From positions 2,368,001 through 2,432,000 of the forward strand of contig OY821645.1 in assembly GCA_963682135.1 (NCBI GenBank): 64,000 nucleotides of DNA. The letters run 5' to 3'. Position numbers and translations under genes: made by a program. The notes under the pieces are model-generated. The model did not search any database. It was given only the letters and a program-made list of their open reading frames with translations, and was not told the origin of the DNA. This document shows, in pieces, positions 51,748 to 63,044 of this stretch. The DNA comes from Methanothrix sp. GTDB lineage: Archaea; Halobacteriota; Methanosarcinia; Methanotrichales; Methanotrichaceae. Each line of letters starts with the position of its first letter. The first letter of the stretch is position 1.

Positions 51748-52429
51748 TTAATCCTCCACCATCCTGTTTTTGATTTTCAATATGTCCTGCAGAGCCTTTT
51801 GCGAAGAATTCGAGGTATTGGCCAGATCCAAGAGATGGATACCCTTCTTGTCCGCCTCGACTACCAATGAGTCGTATCTCACTGCATCGATCAAGTCCCC
51901 GTTCAGGTCCAATGCATCTGCAATCGATTGGCATTCGCTCTCATCCTCTGCCATATTTACAATAACTATCTGCTTCTTGACACCCAGATCTCGTGACAGC
52001 TTCATGCTGTGCTTTGCCACTTCGATTGATTTAGGCGTGGGCTCGGTTATCACCATGCTCAGGTCAAATTCAGCAGACAGGCCTCTGCCCAGGATTTCCA
52101 CGCCTGCCTGTGAGTCAACCATGATAAAATCAAACTCCTCGGAGTTGCCGGTAAGGTGATTTATCAGGAACTTGACCAGAGAGATAGGAGAGCACAGGCA
52201 ACCGGAGCCGCCGTGGGGCACAGTGCCCATCACAATCAGATTGAGATCTGTCCTCGGCAAGAGCTGTGACCTGAGCAATATGAATTCCCATAGACATGGC
52301 CAGATTCATGCTGGGGTCACAGTCAACCACCAAAACCCTATGGCCTTCTCTGGACAGGAGCCTGGCCACGGTGGAGAGGATGGTGGTCTTTCCAACGCCG
52401 CCTTTGCCGGTAAAGATTATTCGCTTCAT
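51748..52429 (-). pseudogene. CooC-like ATPase, frameshifted or internally deleted
   Basis: GKGGVGKTT and VVDCDP in one frame; GSGCLCSP and VDSQAGVE in another. Confidence 0.8.
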
Positions 52430-52587
52430 TTTGCCCCCCTGATCGAGGTGGTGATGAAAACGGATTCATCCGGGTGCATGTTGTGCCCATAAGCTAAAGA
52501 AAGCACAACATCCGCATTCTTGCACGCGGACTTCCCCCGGCAAATCTCATGGCCCCGGACCATAAGGTGCATATTGTTATCGATCAT
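52426..52587 (-). pseudogene. 53-aa remnant ORF overlapping the cooC start
   Basis: MIDNNMHLMVRG...; ATGA overlap. Confidence 0.3.
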
Positions 52588-52666
52588 AGCGCCATCCCTG
52601 CCAATCGTATGCTACAACAGTATCTCATAATGATTCATCCAATCATTATTAGCCTGAATCTTCGTG

Positions 52667-52706
52667 GTAATAAATCTATCCGTTATAGTAATATTTGATT
52701 TTACTA
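52667..52706. promoter_or_regulatory. Possible NikR-like operator or palindrome
   Basis: GTAATA-N16-TAATAT overlapping TAGTAA-N9-TTACTA, upstream of cooC/cooT. Confidence 0.3.
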
Positions 52707-52807
52707 AATTAAAAACTAGTACGAATAAAAATAAATATTCGATTAACAGCAAATGGTTTAAGTATTACCAAAAAGCTTATTATTAAGAAGAATTAACTTT
52801 TACTCGC

Positions 52808-52929
52808 GTCAGGTCGATCCGATACACTCCATCTGGGGCGTTAGGCTTGCTCATTTGTGCTACGGTCATCTACCATTAGTCGGTAAAACGCTAGCCTAGT
52901 CCAAAAGCTCATAGTAGGATCGACTTGAC
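52808..52929 (+). ncRNA. Candidate structured ncRNA
   Basis: 13-bp terminal stem GTCAGGTCGATCC/GGATCGACTTGAC; TATA AAGCTTATTA about 25-30 nt upstream. Confidence 0.4.
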
Positions 52930-53072
52930 TCAAACTCATTGTGCAAATTCATGTTTTTTAAAGGTTTGAAAAAGGCGCACATATTCCTCGACCTATTTTA
53001 ATAGCAATACTATCAAAAAGTTTATTACTTAGTAAGACCTCTATCTATTAAATCACACGATACGAGGTTTGC

Positions 53073-53267
53073 ATGATGTCAGATGCGGATAAATCGTCAA
53101 TAAGCAAGGTAGTGGTATCGGATGCAGCGGTTTCATTCATTGCTCGGGGAGGCAGACTGTTCTCAGGGCAAGTGATTGATTCAGATCCAGGAATTGAGGA
53201 TGGAGAAGAAGTCCTCGTGGTAGACAGAAAGAACAATCCACTTGGTAGGGTCCAAGTCTATCACTGA
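53073..53267 (+). CDS. PUA domain protein
   Basis: VVVSDAAV.FIARG..LF...V...DP.I..GEEVLVVD. Confidence 0.85.
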   Translation: MMSDADKSSISKVVVSDAAVSFIARGGRLFSGQVIDSDPGIEDGEEVLVVDRKNNPLGRVQVYH

Positions 53268-53874
53268 GTGGGGGTGAGCAAAAAATAAATAAAAGTGGTT
53301 GGCTCTGCAAAACCAGAAAGATTGAGCCACGCTGCTGAGGAATTACCCTGGCTTTGAATCCTTGCTGTTCGCCCAAGGAACATTTGCCAGCGTCTCTTCA
53401 GCCGTATGATATTTCGGGCAAATTATTCGGGAATCTTATTGCTAGCTTTTCTTAGGCCAATTCGGATCTGATCTGCTGAAAAAAGCCAAAAAAACGCACC
53501 ACCTCAGGAAACCGGCAGCTTCCCCCACAACACTAGGGCTCCAAATAATACATTGTTTGATATGCGGGAAGAATCTGGTAGTGTCCGAGCTAAAGGAAAG
53601 ATAATAAGCGCCCGTCTCCTCGGCAGCATTGCCTGCGGAGTCGGAATCAGTGGTATGAGTGGTATTTGAAGAAAGACTATCGCGAACGATCTCCCGGGAA
53701 GAGCAAGTGAGGAAACCGGCAGAAGAGAGTATATCGTCCTTCATCGCAATAGAAACAAGCTCAATCACCTTTTTTCCTGCTGGCCGGATTTTTCGACAAA
53801 TTCTTTGCCAGGAAGTATTTATATAGTGATCACCATCAATTCCTGGTCATTACAATCCTTAAGGAGATTTCAAT

Positions 53875-55170
53875 TTGGCAAAATCCGATATCAAATCTGA
53901 GACTAGTTCAGAAACAAAAGCCGAGGCCAAAAAGCCTGCGGCCCCTAAACCGGAGGTCAACATCGGCATGGTGGGCCATGTCGATCATGGCAAAACCACC
54001 CTTGTCAAGTCACTCTCCGGCGTCTGGACCGATCAGCACAGCGAGGAAGTTAAAAGAGGCATCTCAATCCGTCTGGGGTATGCAGATGCAACCTTCCGAA
54101 AGTGCCCAAGCTGTCCAGAACCGGATGCTTATACTGTGGATGAAAAGTGCTCCCACTGCGGCAAAGAGACACAGATATTGCGCACCGTTTCTTTCGTGGA
54201 CTCCCCCGGCCACGAGACTCTCATGGCCACCATGCTCTGCGGAGCGGCTATTATGGATGGAGCCGTGCTGGTCATATCTGCCAATGAGCCCTGCCCCCAG
54301 CCCCAGACCAAAGAGCACCTCATGGCCCTCAACATCACAGGCATCGACAGAATCGTGATAGTGCAAAACAAGATCGATCTCATGTCCCGTGAACAAGTAA
54401 TGGAGCACTATCGCCAGATCAAGGATTTTATAAAGGGAACCGTGGCGGAGAATGCGCCCATTGTGCCTATTTCCGCTCAGCAGAATCTCAACGTAGATAT
54501 GGTCATTGAGTCCATCGAAAAGACCATACCCACTCCTATCCGAGATCTCAATAAGCCGCCTCTTCTGAAGATCGCCCGCTCCTTCGATATCAATCGACCG
54601 GGGGCAACTCCCGAAGCCCTCAAAGGCGGGGTCATAGGCGGCTCTCTCAGCCAGGGCGTCTTGCATACTGGTGATAAGATCGAGATCTGTCCAGGTCGCC
54701 TCGTGGATTACGAGGGCAGGAAACAATGGGTGCCCATCCAGACCAAGGTGGTAACGCTGCTGGCAGGCAAACAAGTTCAGGATGATATCTCTCCTGGCGG
54801 CCTGATGGGCGTAGGCACGCTGCTCGACCCCGTCATGACCAAGAGCGACGCTCTGGTGGGACAGGTGGCTGGAGAGCCTGGCAAACTTCCGCCTGCAAGG
54901 AGTGCATTTACCATGAACATGCGGCTATTGGAGCGCGTCGTGGGCGTCACAGACGAGTCCAGTGTTGAGCCTATCCACTCCAGCGAACCCTTGATGCTCA
55001 ATGTCGGCACGGCCACAACCGTAGGTGTCGTAACCAGCGCTCGTGAGGGCGGTATTGTTCAAGTGCAGCTCAAGAGGCCGGTATGCGCTGAGAAAGGAGA
55101 ACGTGTGGCGGTTAGCAGGCGAATTGGGGCCAGGTGGCGTCTTATCGGCGTTGGCACCATAACCGAGTAG
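53875..55170 (+). CDS. eif2g: Translation initiation factor 2 gamma
   Basis: [17 protein letters not shown], Zn knuckle, RWRLIG. Confidence 0.97.
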   Translation: MAKSDIKSETSSETKAEAKKPAAPKPEVNIGMVGHVDHGKTTLVKSLSGVWTDQHSEEVKRGISIRLGYADATFRKCPSCPEPDAYTVDEKCSHCGKETQILRTVSFVDSPGHETLMATMLCGAAIMDGAVLVISANEPCPQPQTKEHLMALNITGIDRIVIVQNKIDLMSREQVMEHYRQIKDFIKGTVAENAPIVPISAQQNLNVDMVIESIEKTIPTPIRDLNKPPLLKIARSFDINRPGATPEALKGGVIGGSLSQGVLHTGDKIEICPGRLVDYEGRKQWVPIQTKVVTLLAGKQVQDDISPGGLMGVGTLLDPVMTKSDALVGQVAGEPGKLPPARSAFTMNMRLLERVVGVTDESSVEPIHSSEPLMLNVGTATTVGVVTSAREGGIVQVQLKRPVCAEKGERVAVSRRIGARWRLIGVGTITE

Positions 55171-55171
55171 C

Positions 55172-55582
55172 ATGAAGGCATACATCGATACCAGTAGCAT
55201 AAAGGTAATTCTCGATACCAACGCATTGATGGTACCCGAGCAGTTCAACGTAGACATCTTCAGCGAGCTTCTCCGTTTGGGATATGCAGAGTGGCTGGTC
55301 CCGGCCTCTGTGCTGGGAGAGCTTCGCTCGCTAGCAACGCGGGCCGACAAAGGAAAGGATAAAATCGCCGCCCGCGTGGCACTGAGCCTTGCGAAAGGCT
55401 GCAATGCAGTTGGGGTGGACAATTATAACGCCGATCAGGCAATCATTGAGCTTGCCCTGGAGACGGGCGCGGCAGTCTTTACCAATGACAAAGCCTTGAA
55501 GAAAAGGTTATTTAGTAAAGGCATCACCGTAGTATACCTGCGCCAGGGGCAATATCTAGAGGCGTCGAAGAAGGAGTACTAG
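55172..55582 (+). CDS. PIN domain protein (Fcf1-like)
   Basis: ILDTNAL, TND..LK; conserved operon position. Confidence 0.9.
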   Translation: MKAYIDTSSIKVILDTNALMVPEQFNVDIFSELLRLGYAEWLVPASVLGELRSLATRADKGKDKIAARVALSLAKGCNAVGVDNYNADQAIIELALETGAAVFTNDKALKKRLFSKGITVVYLRQGQYLEASKKEY

Positions 55583-56167
55583 ATGTATAAGAAGATGAAG
55601 CTTAAGGGTGTGGCCAAGATAGAACCGGATCATCTGGGTGATCCCCTCGAAGCGGCAGTGGACAGGTCGCTGCGCGAAAAATATGAGGCAGTAGTTGACA
55701 AGTCGCTGGGAACCATCGTGGCCGTGCTCGGAGCAGATGACATTGGAGAAGGTCACATCCTGGCAGGGGATGGATCTATTTACTACGAAGTCAATTTTGA
55801 TGCTCTTGTCTTTAAGCCGGAGATGCAGGAGATCATCGAAGGCGAGGTTGTGGAAATAGTCAAATTCGGAGCTTTTCTCTCATTGGGACCATTCGATGGC
55901 CTTCTGCACGTAAGCCAGATCACCAATGAGTATATATCTTATGATGAAAAGAACGCGCGGCTGGTCAGCAAAGAGTCGAGCAAGTCCTTAGGTGAAGGAG
56001 ATAAGGTTCGAGCCAGGGTTATTGCCGTAAGCCTGAATGAAAAAGAGCCTCGTGAGAGCAAGATTGGCCTCACTATGAGGCAGACGGGCCTGGGAAGGCT
56101 GGAGTGGCTGGAGGCCAATCCTGGAAATTCTGGTGCTGAAGAGACAAGTGAGGCAGAGGCGAAATGA
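55583..56167 (+). CDS. rpoE1: RNA polymerase subunit E' (Rpo7)
   Basis: GDG, S1 domain DGLLHVSQI, KIGLTMRQ. Confidence 0.95.
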   Translation: MYKKMKLKGVAKIEPDHLGDPLEAAVDRSLREKYEAVVDKSLGTIVAVLGADDIGEGHILAGDGSIYYEVNFDALVFKPEMQEIIEGEVVEIVKFGAFLSLGPFDGLLHVSQITNEYISYDEKNARLVSKESSKSLGEGDKVRARVIAVSLNEKEPRESKIGLTMRQTGLGRLEWLEANPGNSGAEETSEAEAK

Positions 56168-56349
56168 CAGAGCAGGCATGCAGAGAATGTCGCAGAATCG
56201 TAGAGGGTCAGGTCTGTCCCATCTGTAATTCAGCCTCGCTCAGCAAGGATTGGAGCGGATATGTCGTGATCATCGATCCAAAGGATTCGATCCTCGCGCA
56301 AAAGCTGGAGATTACCCTTCCCGGCAGATATGCTCTGAAGGTGCGTTAA
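56164..56349 (+). CDS. spt4: Transcription elongation factor Spt4
   Basis: CRECR..CPIC, PGRYALKVR. Confidence 0.95.
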   Translation: MTEQACRECRRIVEGQVCPICNSASLSKDWSGYVVIIDPKDSILAQKLEITLPGRYALKVR

Positions 56350-56351
56350 AA

Positions 56352-56882
56352 TTGCGTCTCCTCCTTCTACCAGATGAAATGCGCACATCTCTGAAAGAGC
56401 CGCTCGGCAGGCTATACAGAGGAAACGGCCTGGAGTGCGTAAAGGCCATGGAAAAGGAGCTTCTTTCTGCCAGGAAAGTTGTTGCCATCGGTGATATGAC
56501 TGCCTTCTATCTCCTGAAGGCATCTATTGTGCCCGATCTGTTAGTCGTGGACAATAAGACTAAGAGGATGCCGGTTTCCGATCATGTCATGGAGACGCTG
56601 GGTCGTGAAAGCTATAGGACGGTAAGAGTAAAAAATCCGGCGGCGACAATCAGCAAAGATCTTATAGACCTGATCTCGGAATCTCTGCATGGCACTGAGC
56701 ATGTAAAGATCATAGTAGAGGGCGAAGAAGATCTGGCAACGCTTCCTGCCATTCTTTATGCGCCTCTTGGCTCCGTGGTTGTCTACGGCCAGCCCAATGA
56801 GGGAAGCGTTCTGGTTGATGTTACTCCGGAAAGGAAGCTACATATAGAAAAATTTATGAAACAAATGATTGTGGAGGAATGA
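56352..56882 (+). CDS. GTP-dependent dephospho-CoA kinase (DUF359)
   Basis: LKEPLG, VEGEEDL, YGQP.EG; TTG start inferred. Confidence 0.88.
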   Translation: MRLLLLPDEMRTSLKEPLGRLYRGNGLECVKAMEKELLSARKVVAIGDMTAFYLLKASIVPDLLVVDNKTKRMPVSDHVMETLGRESYRTVRVKNPAATISKDLIDLISESLHGTEHVKIIVEGEEDLATLPAILYAPLGSVVVYGQPNEGSVLVDVTPERKLHIEKFMKQMIVEE

Positions 56883-57190
56883 AGTTGGATATTCAAGTAA
56901 TAGAAGAAAAGAAAAACACCATCTTGAACCGGCGGGAGCTTGTTTTCAAGGTTATTCACGAAGAAGCGACGCCTTCTCGAAAGAGCGTCGTGGAGAGGCT
57001 GGCGGCAACTCAAAACTCTAAGGTTGGCCTGGTCTATGTGGACAACCTGAAGACTGAGTTTGGAAAGCGCGAGACAATCGGATATGCCAAGATCTATGAG
57101 ACAGCCGATAGGGCCAAAGAAATAGAGAGAGCCCATATCATTACGCGCAATACATTCACCAAGCCACAAGAAACCAAGACGGAGGCCTAG
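56879..57190 (+). CDS. rps24e: 30S ribosomal protein S24e
   Basis: N.ILNRRE, TPSR, GYAKIY. Confidence 0.95.
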   Translation: MKLDIQVIEEKKNTILNRRELVFKVIHEEATPSRKSVVERLAATQNSKVGLVYVDNLKTEFGKRETIGYAKIYETADRAKEIERAHIITRNTFTKPQETKTEA

Positions 57191-57194
57191 CTAG

Positions 57195-57380
57195 ATGGCT
57201 GCTAAAAAGGGTGCTAAGAAGGGCGCAGTTATGGGCGCCTCCAGATTTTATGAGGTATCCGGGGACACCATCAAGTCCAAGAGGGCAGTCTGTCCCAGGT
57301 GCGGAAACGGCGTATTTCTGGCCAGCCACGTCGACCGGCAAAGCTGCGGCAAGTGCGGTTACACCGAGTTCAAGAAATAG
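57195..57380 (+). CDS. rps27ae: 30S ribosomal protein S27ae
   Basis: CPRCG.GVFLA.H.DR..CGKCG. Confidence 0.95.
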   Translation: MAAKKGAKKGAVMGASRFYEVSGDTIKSKRAVCPRCGNGVFLASHVDRQSCGKCGYTEFKK

Positions 57381-57576
57381 ACCCCAGGTTTTTCCCGGGT
57401 CTTATTCTTGGACCGGACTTTCCTATTTTATTAGATTCTGTCGCCATATAGAAAAATCTGGTGACTGCAGATCATGGCCCGCAGTCAGCATTGCTGTTAT
57501 GGCTGCCCGTTTAGGCCGAGGATTTGATTAATATCCGTCATCTGTCGCGTCTTAGCCAAATCCAGGCAGTTGGAAC

Positions 57577-59224
57577 CCTGACCTCCCCATTTTTTAGGCA
57601 CACATATGAATGGCATCCAGAATTTGACGCTGTTTCTTAGTGATCTCGGTCGTGATTCTTTCTCCATCCGGCAAGACCATGATCTTGATTTTTTCGAGTT
57701 CAGTGAACAATCCCTCAACCGAGTATCTTTTATTCAGCTCGGCATCGATCATCATTCGCATGAGCTTCATCCTCAAGATCAGAGCAAGGAATGAAATGAA
57801 TAGGTAGCCCCTTAGACTACTGTTGGTCCTCAGGTTCGCGGGCATCAAATCGATGTCGTTCTTCAGAACATCGAATCCCTTTTCAACGATATCCTTGCTT
57901 CTATAAAGCGCAAGACATTCCACCCACGTGAACTCGCCTCGATAAAGCAAGATAAACTTTCCCATTTTATTAATAGCCTGGGAGACCGCATTTTTTCTAA
58001 GTGATACCTGAAACTTACCGTCTATTGCTTTCCATTCTATAAACTTGGCATCTCTTTTCGCAGTCGCCCTGAAAACTTCTCCAGGATTCATCCAGGGTTT
58101 CAGGTTCTTGGACTTGAGCACTTCCATCAAATCGTAGAGTCGCTTATAAAACGTATTTCTTTCCTGCTGCTCTCTTTTCTGATCGTAATATGCATATCCG
58201 TTCAGCTTGTTTTCACCAACATCGATCTCTACAGGCATCACAAACAGCGGCTCTTTTTCATAGAGTTTTAGATGCTCTGGATCGTCAATGCTTTTGTGGA
58301 TAGCAGATATCGCTTCTTTGACGTTCTTGAGATTACTCGTTGGCGGAATAATGAACGACAGATCTGCAGATATCATCTCCTCGATATTGTCGGTTGAAAA
58401 GAAGCCTCTATCCATGATCAGAGTATAATTTCTGACGCCCTGTGCATTCATTTTCTTGATAGTATTCTTAAGCGTAGATACATCTGCGATGCTTCCTGGG
58501 TAGAGATCATACATCAACGGTATGCCCAGATCTTTGTCCACGACTAGAGACAGATTGATTTGAGGCAGGTCGAGGCCATCTCGATTATAGCCGTATTCAA
58601 GGAGGCTGATGCTCTGAGAGTAAGACGAAAAGGAGGTTATATCGTAGACTAGCGTGCTGGCTGTGGATACTTGCTCAATGAGTTTGCGAGAGAATTCCAG
58701 ATTCACAGTACCTTCACCGATACTGCTTAGCATTCGTGAAAGGCTCTGTGATGATAAGGGAAGATTCGGATGGTCTTCAGACATGACCGTACCTTCATAC
58801 CAGCTCTGGATATGGGTTAGTGCTCGGGGGTGTGTGGCATAGTTCATTGCCAGTGTCAAAATCGGCCGGACTTCTTTACCAGGAAGAACATCAGAGAGGA
58901 TCTTTTCTAGCTTAAGGTCCTCTGTGATCTTCTTGAGTGGAACGAATTCGCCATGCGATAGCACTTTCTTGGGGATTTGGTCTTTGGCGCGAACCTTCAC
59001 GGGAACTCCATTGACATTCTTTCCCAAGTATTTGCTTTTCTGCCGAATTTGCTTCTTTTCCTTATCGTAATAAGGTGTAATTTCATATATGTATTCCAGG
59101 CCATTTATCTTTTTGGTTCGAATAAAAGATTTCATGTTGTATTTAGGCACAGCATACTATTTATAGTTTTTGGTCATCGATGGCGAAAATTGATCAGATA
59201 TGCCTAAATTTCGGGGAGCTTAGG
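57577..59224 (-). mobile_element. IS1634 family insertion sequence
   Basis: Imperfect 24-bp inverted repeats (CCTGACCTCCCC....TTTAGGCA / CCTAAGCTCCCC....TTTAGGCA); TTGGAAC direct repeats at 57570-76 and 59225-31. Confidence 0.85.
57594..59150 (-). CDS. IS1634 DDE transposase
   Basis: YDITS, GYNRDG.DLPQ, MDRGF, YRSKD.VEK.F..LK. Confidence 0.92.
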   Translation of the reverse strand: MPKYNMKSFIRTKKINGLEYIYEITPYYDKEKKQIRQKSKYLGKNVNGVPVKVRAKDQIPKKVLSHGEFVPLKKITEDLKLEKILSDVLPGKEVRPILTLAMNYATHPRALTHIQSWYEGTVMSEDHPNLPLSSQSLSRMLSSIGEGTVNLEFSRKLIEQVSTASTLVYDITSFSSYSQSISLLEYGYNRDGLDLPQINLSLVVDKDLGIPLMYDLYPGSIADVSTLKNTIKKMNAQGVRNYTLIMDRGFFSTDNIEEMISADLSFIIPPTSNLKNVKEAISAIHKSIDDPEHLKLYEKEPLFVMPVEIDVGENKLNGYAYYDQKREQQERNTFYKRLYDLMEVLKSKNLKPWMNPGEVFRATAKRDAKFIEWKAIDGKFQVSLRKNAVSQAINKMGKFILLYRGEFTWVECLALYRSKDIVEKGFDVLKNDIDLMPANLRTNSSLRGYLFISFLALILRMKLMRMMIDAELNKRYSVEGLFTELEKIKIMVLPDGERITTEITKKQRQILDAIHMCA

Positions 59225-59324
59225 TTGGAACTGCAATTAGTGAGTTGCCTAATCGTGTCTCTCATGCCTGCAAAATTGCAGAAGGCATATTATCTAATGA
59301 ATCATCTGTTTATTGAGGATCCAG

Positions 59325-59498
59325 ATGAGGCTAAAGGTTCTGATCAGCGAAGGAGAAGATGGATGGCTTGTCGTGGAATGTCCGTCTATTCCCGGTTGCA
59401 TCTCTCAGGGAAAGACCCTGGAAGAAGCCCTTGACAATATCAAAGAGTCCATAGAAGGCTGCCTGGAAGTGATGGCGGAAAAGTGTCAAGGCAATTAG
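59325..59498 (+). CDS. HicB family antitoxin (orphan)
   Basis: CPSIPGCISQGKTLEEAL. Confidence 0.85.
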   Translation: MRLKVLISEGEDGWLVVECPSIPGCISQGKTLEEALDNIKESIEGCLEVMAEKCQGN

Positions 59499-59535
59499 CG
59501 GCAAGCGATTGAAGTTGATTTGCTTTGAACGGAAA

Positions 59536-59670
59536 TCATAAATTTACATCATGTATCTTTGACCTGCGCATCTCCTGGGTGGACGCCTCGATTCTGTCTG
59601 CCAACTCGTCGTCTCTGCCGATTTCGTCCAGGATCTCGGAGAGCTTCCTTTTGCCGGGAGAATTCTGCAT
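59536..59670 (-). pseudogene. VapB-like antitoxin fragment (44 aa)
   Basis: ..KRKLSEILDEIGRDDELADRIE...MRR. Confidence 0.4.
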
Positions 59671-59812
59671 AGCAACCTCTTAGAGACTTTCTCACTTTGC
59701 CTCTTAACTTTTTCTAGTGCTCCTTCCTAAGGTAATTGAATCAATTGATCGCATAACTTATTTAGTCTTCCTGAATTACTGCTCATAAAAACTCGACGAA
59801 GGAGTCAAGCCT

Positions 59813-62800
59813 ATGGGCCAAGAGCCAACCATCACTTTATCCATAAAGGAAGCAGGAGAGCATCCCAACAGTACTTATCTCTTTCATATACTCCTAAATG
59901 GAAATCCTATCACCAGCAACCAGAGCCTCTCCCTGCCGGACTCCCGGGCAGTGCGAGAGATCTCCCGCAGCTTTGGCGCTCTTTTCGAGCAGGGCCGCAT
60001 GCCGGAAAAAGATGCCGACGCCCAGCGTGCTCTGGGCAGGCAGCTCTTCGACCTCTGGCTGGCAACATCCTGGGAGAAGATCAGGGCAGTCGTTCCCGTG
60101 GGCTCTCTGCGTTTCCTGGTCATCGCCTCCGAGATCCCTGAGATCCTCAACCTCCCCTGGGAGCTTCTGCTTCCGCCCGAAAGTGACTTCCTGGGCATCA
60201 ATCCGCTCTTTCGCATCCGTCGCTTCCCCTCTTCCGCCAGGCAGATGGCCTCCTTCACCGGAGAGCTGCGACCCAGGCCCCTGCGCCTGCTCTTCATGGC
60301 TTGCTCTCCCTCGAATCAGGCGACTCTGGATTATGAAAAAGAGGAAGAGGCTCTTTTCCGGGCGGTCTACGGTCAGGACGTAGCCTTTGATTCCTGCGAC
60401 CTGGGCACCTTTGAGGAGCTGAAGGAGAAGGTAAGCGAGTTTCAGCCCCACATTGTCCACCTGACCGGCCACGGTGCCGTTCTGGAAGGCAAGGGCCGCT
60501 TTGCTTTCGAGAAAGAAGACGGCAGCTCAGATCTCGTTCCTTCGGAAGATCTGCGCCGGTTCCTGGCGGGCTCGGGCGTGCAGTGCGTCTTTGTGAGCGG
60601 CTGCCAGTCGGGCAAGGCTCCTCGGGAGGCTCTGGCCGGCATCTGCCAGAGCCTGGTGGGTGCCGAGGTGCCTCTGGCCGTGGGCTGGGCGGCATCCATC
60701 GCCGACGACCTGGCCACCAATTTCGCACGCAGGTTTTATGGGGCGCTCAAAGCCGGCCAGCCGGTGGACCGGGCCCTTTCTCTTGCGCGCCAGGATGCCT
60801 GGAAGGACTACGAGGGGAGAAGCGATCCATCATGGACTCTGCCCGTTCTCTATTCGGCCACAAATCAGGGAGAGATATTCGATTCGGATCCGCGAAGGCC
60901 GGTCGAGCTGCCCACCCGCCCGACCATCATCCAGCGGGCTTTGCCAGGGATGAAGGAGGGCTACGCAGAGCACTTCGTGGGCCGCAGGCGCGAGCAGCAG
61001 CGGCTCCTGCCAGCTCTCAAGAGCGGAGACATAGATATCTTGATTCTCACGGGTCTTGGAGGCAGCGGCAAGAGCACTCTCGCCACAAGGCTCGCACGCA
61101 AGCTGGAGACTTATGGTTTTGTTCCCGTTCCCGTTTCCAGCTCGAAAACCAATCCTTTGAACTCAGTGCGTCTCTTGCAGGCCTTTGGAGATGCCTTCAG
61201 AAAGACTGCAAGAAAGCTAAAGACGAGCAATGCTCAGAAGGCCAACGAGCTATTTTCCCTGGCTGAAGAACTGAACGATCCTAATATTTCGGTCGAAAGC
61301 AGAATGCACGATGCTGTTTCTGCTCTTAATGAAGGAAGCTTCCTCCTGCTGCTTGACAACTTTGAGTCCAATATGGATGAGGCAGACCGGTACATTTTGG
61401 ATGCGGAAATCTCAGGATTTTATAAATATCTGCTCGAAAACCTGTCTGGCGGCTCCAGGGCTATTATCACTACCAGGTATCCGCCTTCAGATGCATCTGT
61501 TTTGCCGCCCAAGGTTCATCCTGAGGCTCTAAGCGACTTCTCACTGTCATCGTTCATCAAGATCCTGCAGCGCGACCCTGAGCTGGAGCGCCGCATCCGA
61601 TCCGGAGAGCTGCCCATGAGCCTCTTGAGGATGCTGCATGAGAAATTCGGAGGAACGCCGCGTTTTCTCCTCCAGATCAAGGAGGCCCTCAAGGAGATGG
61701 ATGCTGTGGAGCTTGAGAAAGAGCTTAAGAACATCACGCTTCCATCTGATGCCAAATCATCAGAATTGCAGAAATTAAAGGACAAATACTTTGCGGACAT
61801 ATTCGCCGAGCGCCTCTTCGGCTACCTCAGTCCCAGGTCTCAGCAAGCTCTCTGTAGGTCGGCTGTCTACGGCGTCCCTGTGACGCTGGACGGCTTGAAA
61901 GCGGTCTCTCTGGAGTCTCCGGATGATGTGCAAGAATTCGTTAGAAGTTGGCAGGAACGGGCCTTCGTCTACCAGGATACCGAAAGATCCAAGAGCCTCT
62001 CTGGATCGTCTATGGGCTCCTTCGTGGCTGGCTTCTAGCTAAGCTCTCTCTTGAAGAGCGAAATCAAGCATACAAGGCTGCCGGCGATTTTTTATTTGAA
62101 ATGGGGAAGCAGAATAAATTGGGAGAGCTTGGCTTATCCTGGGTGGATTGCCTGTTGGAGGCGCGATCAATGTATCTGCATGGGCAATTGCATGGCCAGG
62201 CTAGAGATGCAACCGATCGCCTTTCCAGTGCATTTGGACGAAGTGGATTTTACGATGGTGTGAGATCACTGAATTCTGAATTGCTGGAATTCGAAGAGCA
62301 TCCATCACCTTTGAATTGGATAGCACGAACATATTTCTATCAAGGAGATTATGCCTCGGCTCAATCTTGGTATCAAAGAGCCCTTGTTGCATCTTCAAGT
62401 TCAAATCCGCAAGAGAATGCATTAGCCATTTATGGTTTGGCTTCAATCGACTTTAACAAAGGCAACTACGCTTCGGCGTTTGAGATGCTCGAAAGATCAC
62501 TGAGGATCTTTCAGCAGATCGGCAACCAAACAGGGGAGGCCTCAACTTGGAATGTTATGGCTATGATCGACGCAGATAAGGGCAACTACTCTTCGGCGAT
62601 TGAAAAGCTCGTGATTTCGCTGAGGATTTTTCAGCAGATTGACGATCAACAAGGCGAGGCCTCATCCTGGCATACTCTGGCCACGATCGATTTTAGGAGG
62701 GAGGATTATGCATTGGCGTATGAGAAGTACAAGAAGTCGCTGGAGATCACGCAACAAATCGGTGATAGGGAGGGCGAAGCAGCAACGTTTCATCAGCTCG

Positions 62801-63042
62801 GATTATTATCTTGGAGCAGAAACCATGCAGATAATGGGCTTCGGATGATAGCTCTCAGCTATTTGATATCATTATCTATCGGCCATGAGAAATCCCAGTT
62901 GAGCTTTGAAAATCTCAAGGTCATGGCCTCGCAGCTTAAGCACACCCAAGAGTCATTCGATGCCATGCTAAAGGAAGTCGCCGAGTCCTATCGCAAAGAC
63001 CGAGGCCAAAGCCTCATCAATGCCGTATTCCAAAAATCCTGA
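59813..63042 (+). pseudogene. CHAT-STAND NTPase-TPR protein split by a one-base frameshift at about 61990
   Basis: HLTGHG and VSGCQS catalytic dyad; GLGGSGKST; LLDNFE; second frame EPLWIVYGLLR...TPRs is collinear with the 17969-21196 paralog. Confidence 0.85.
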
Positions 63043-63044
63043 TC

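Noticed and set aside
53442-53768. 108-aa ORF or degenerate Zn-ribbon remnant before eIF2g
   Set aside because: No recognisable motifs; the plus-strand frame has several stops
61980-62000. Programmed ribosomal frameshift
   Set aside because: No X XXY YYZ slippery site; mutation or sequencing error is more likely
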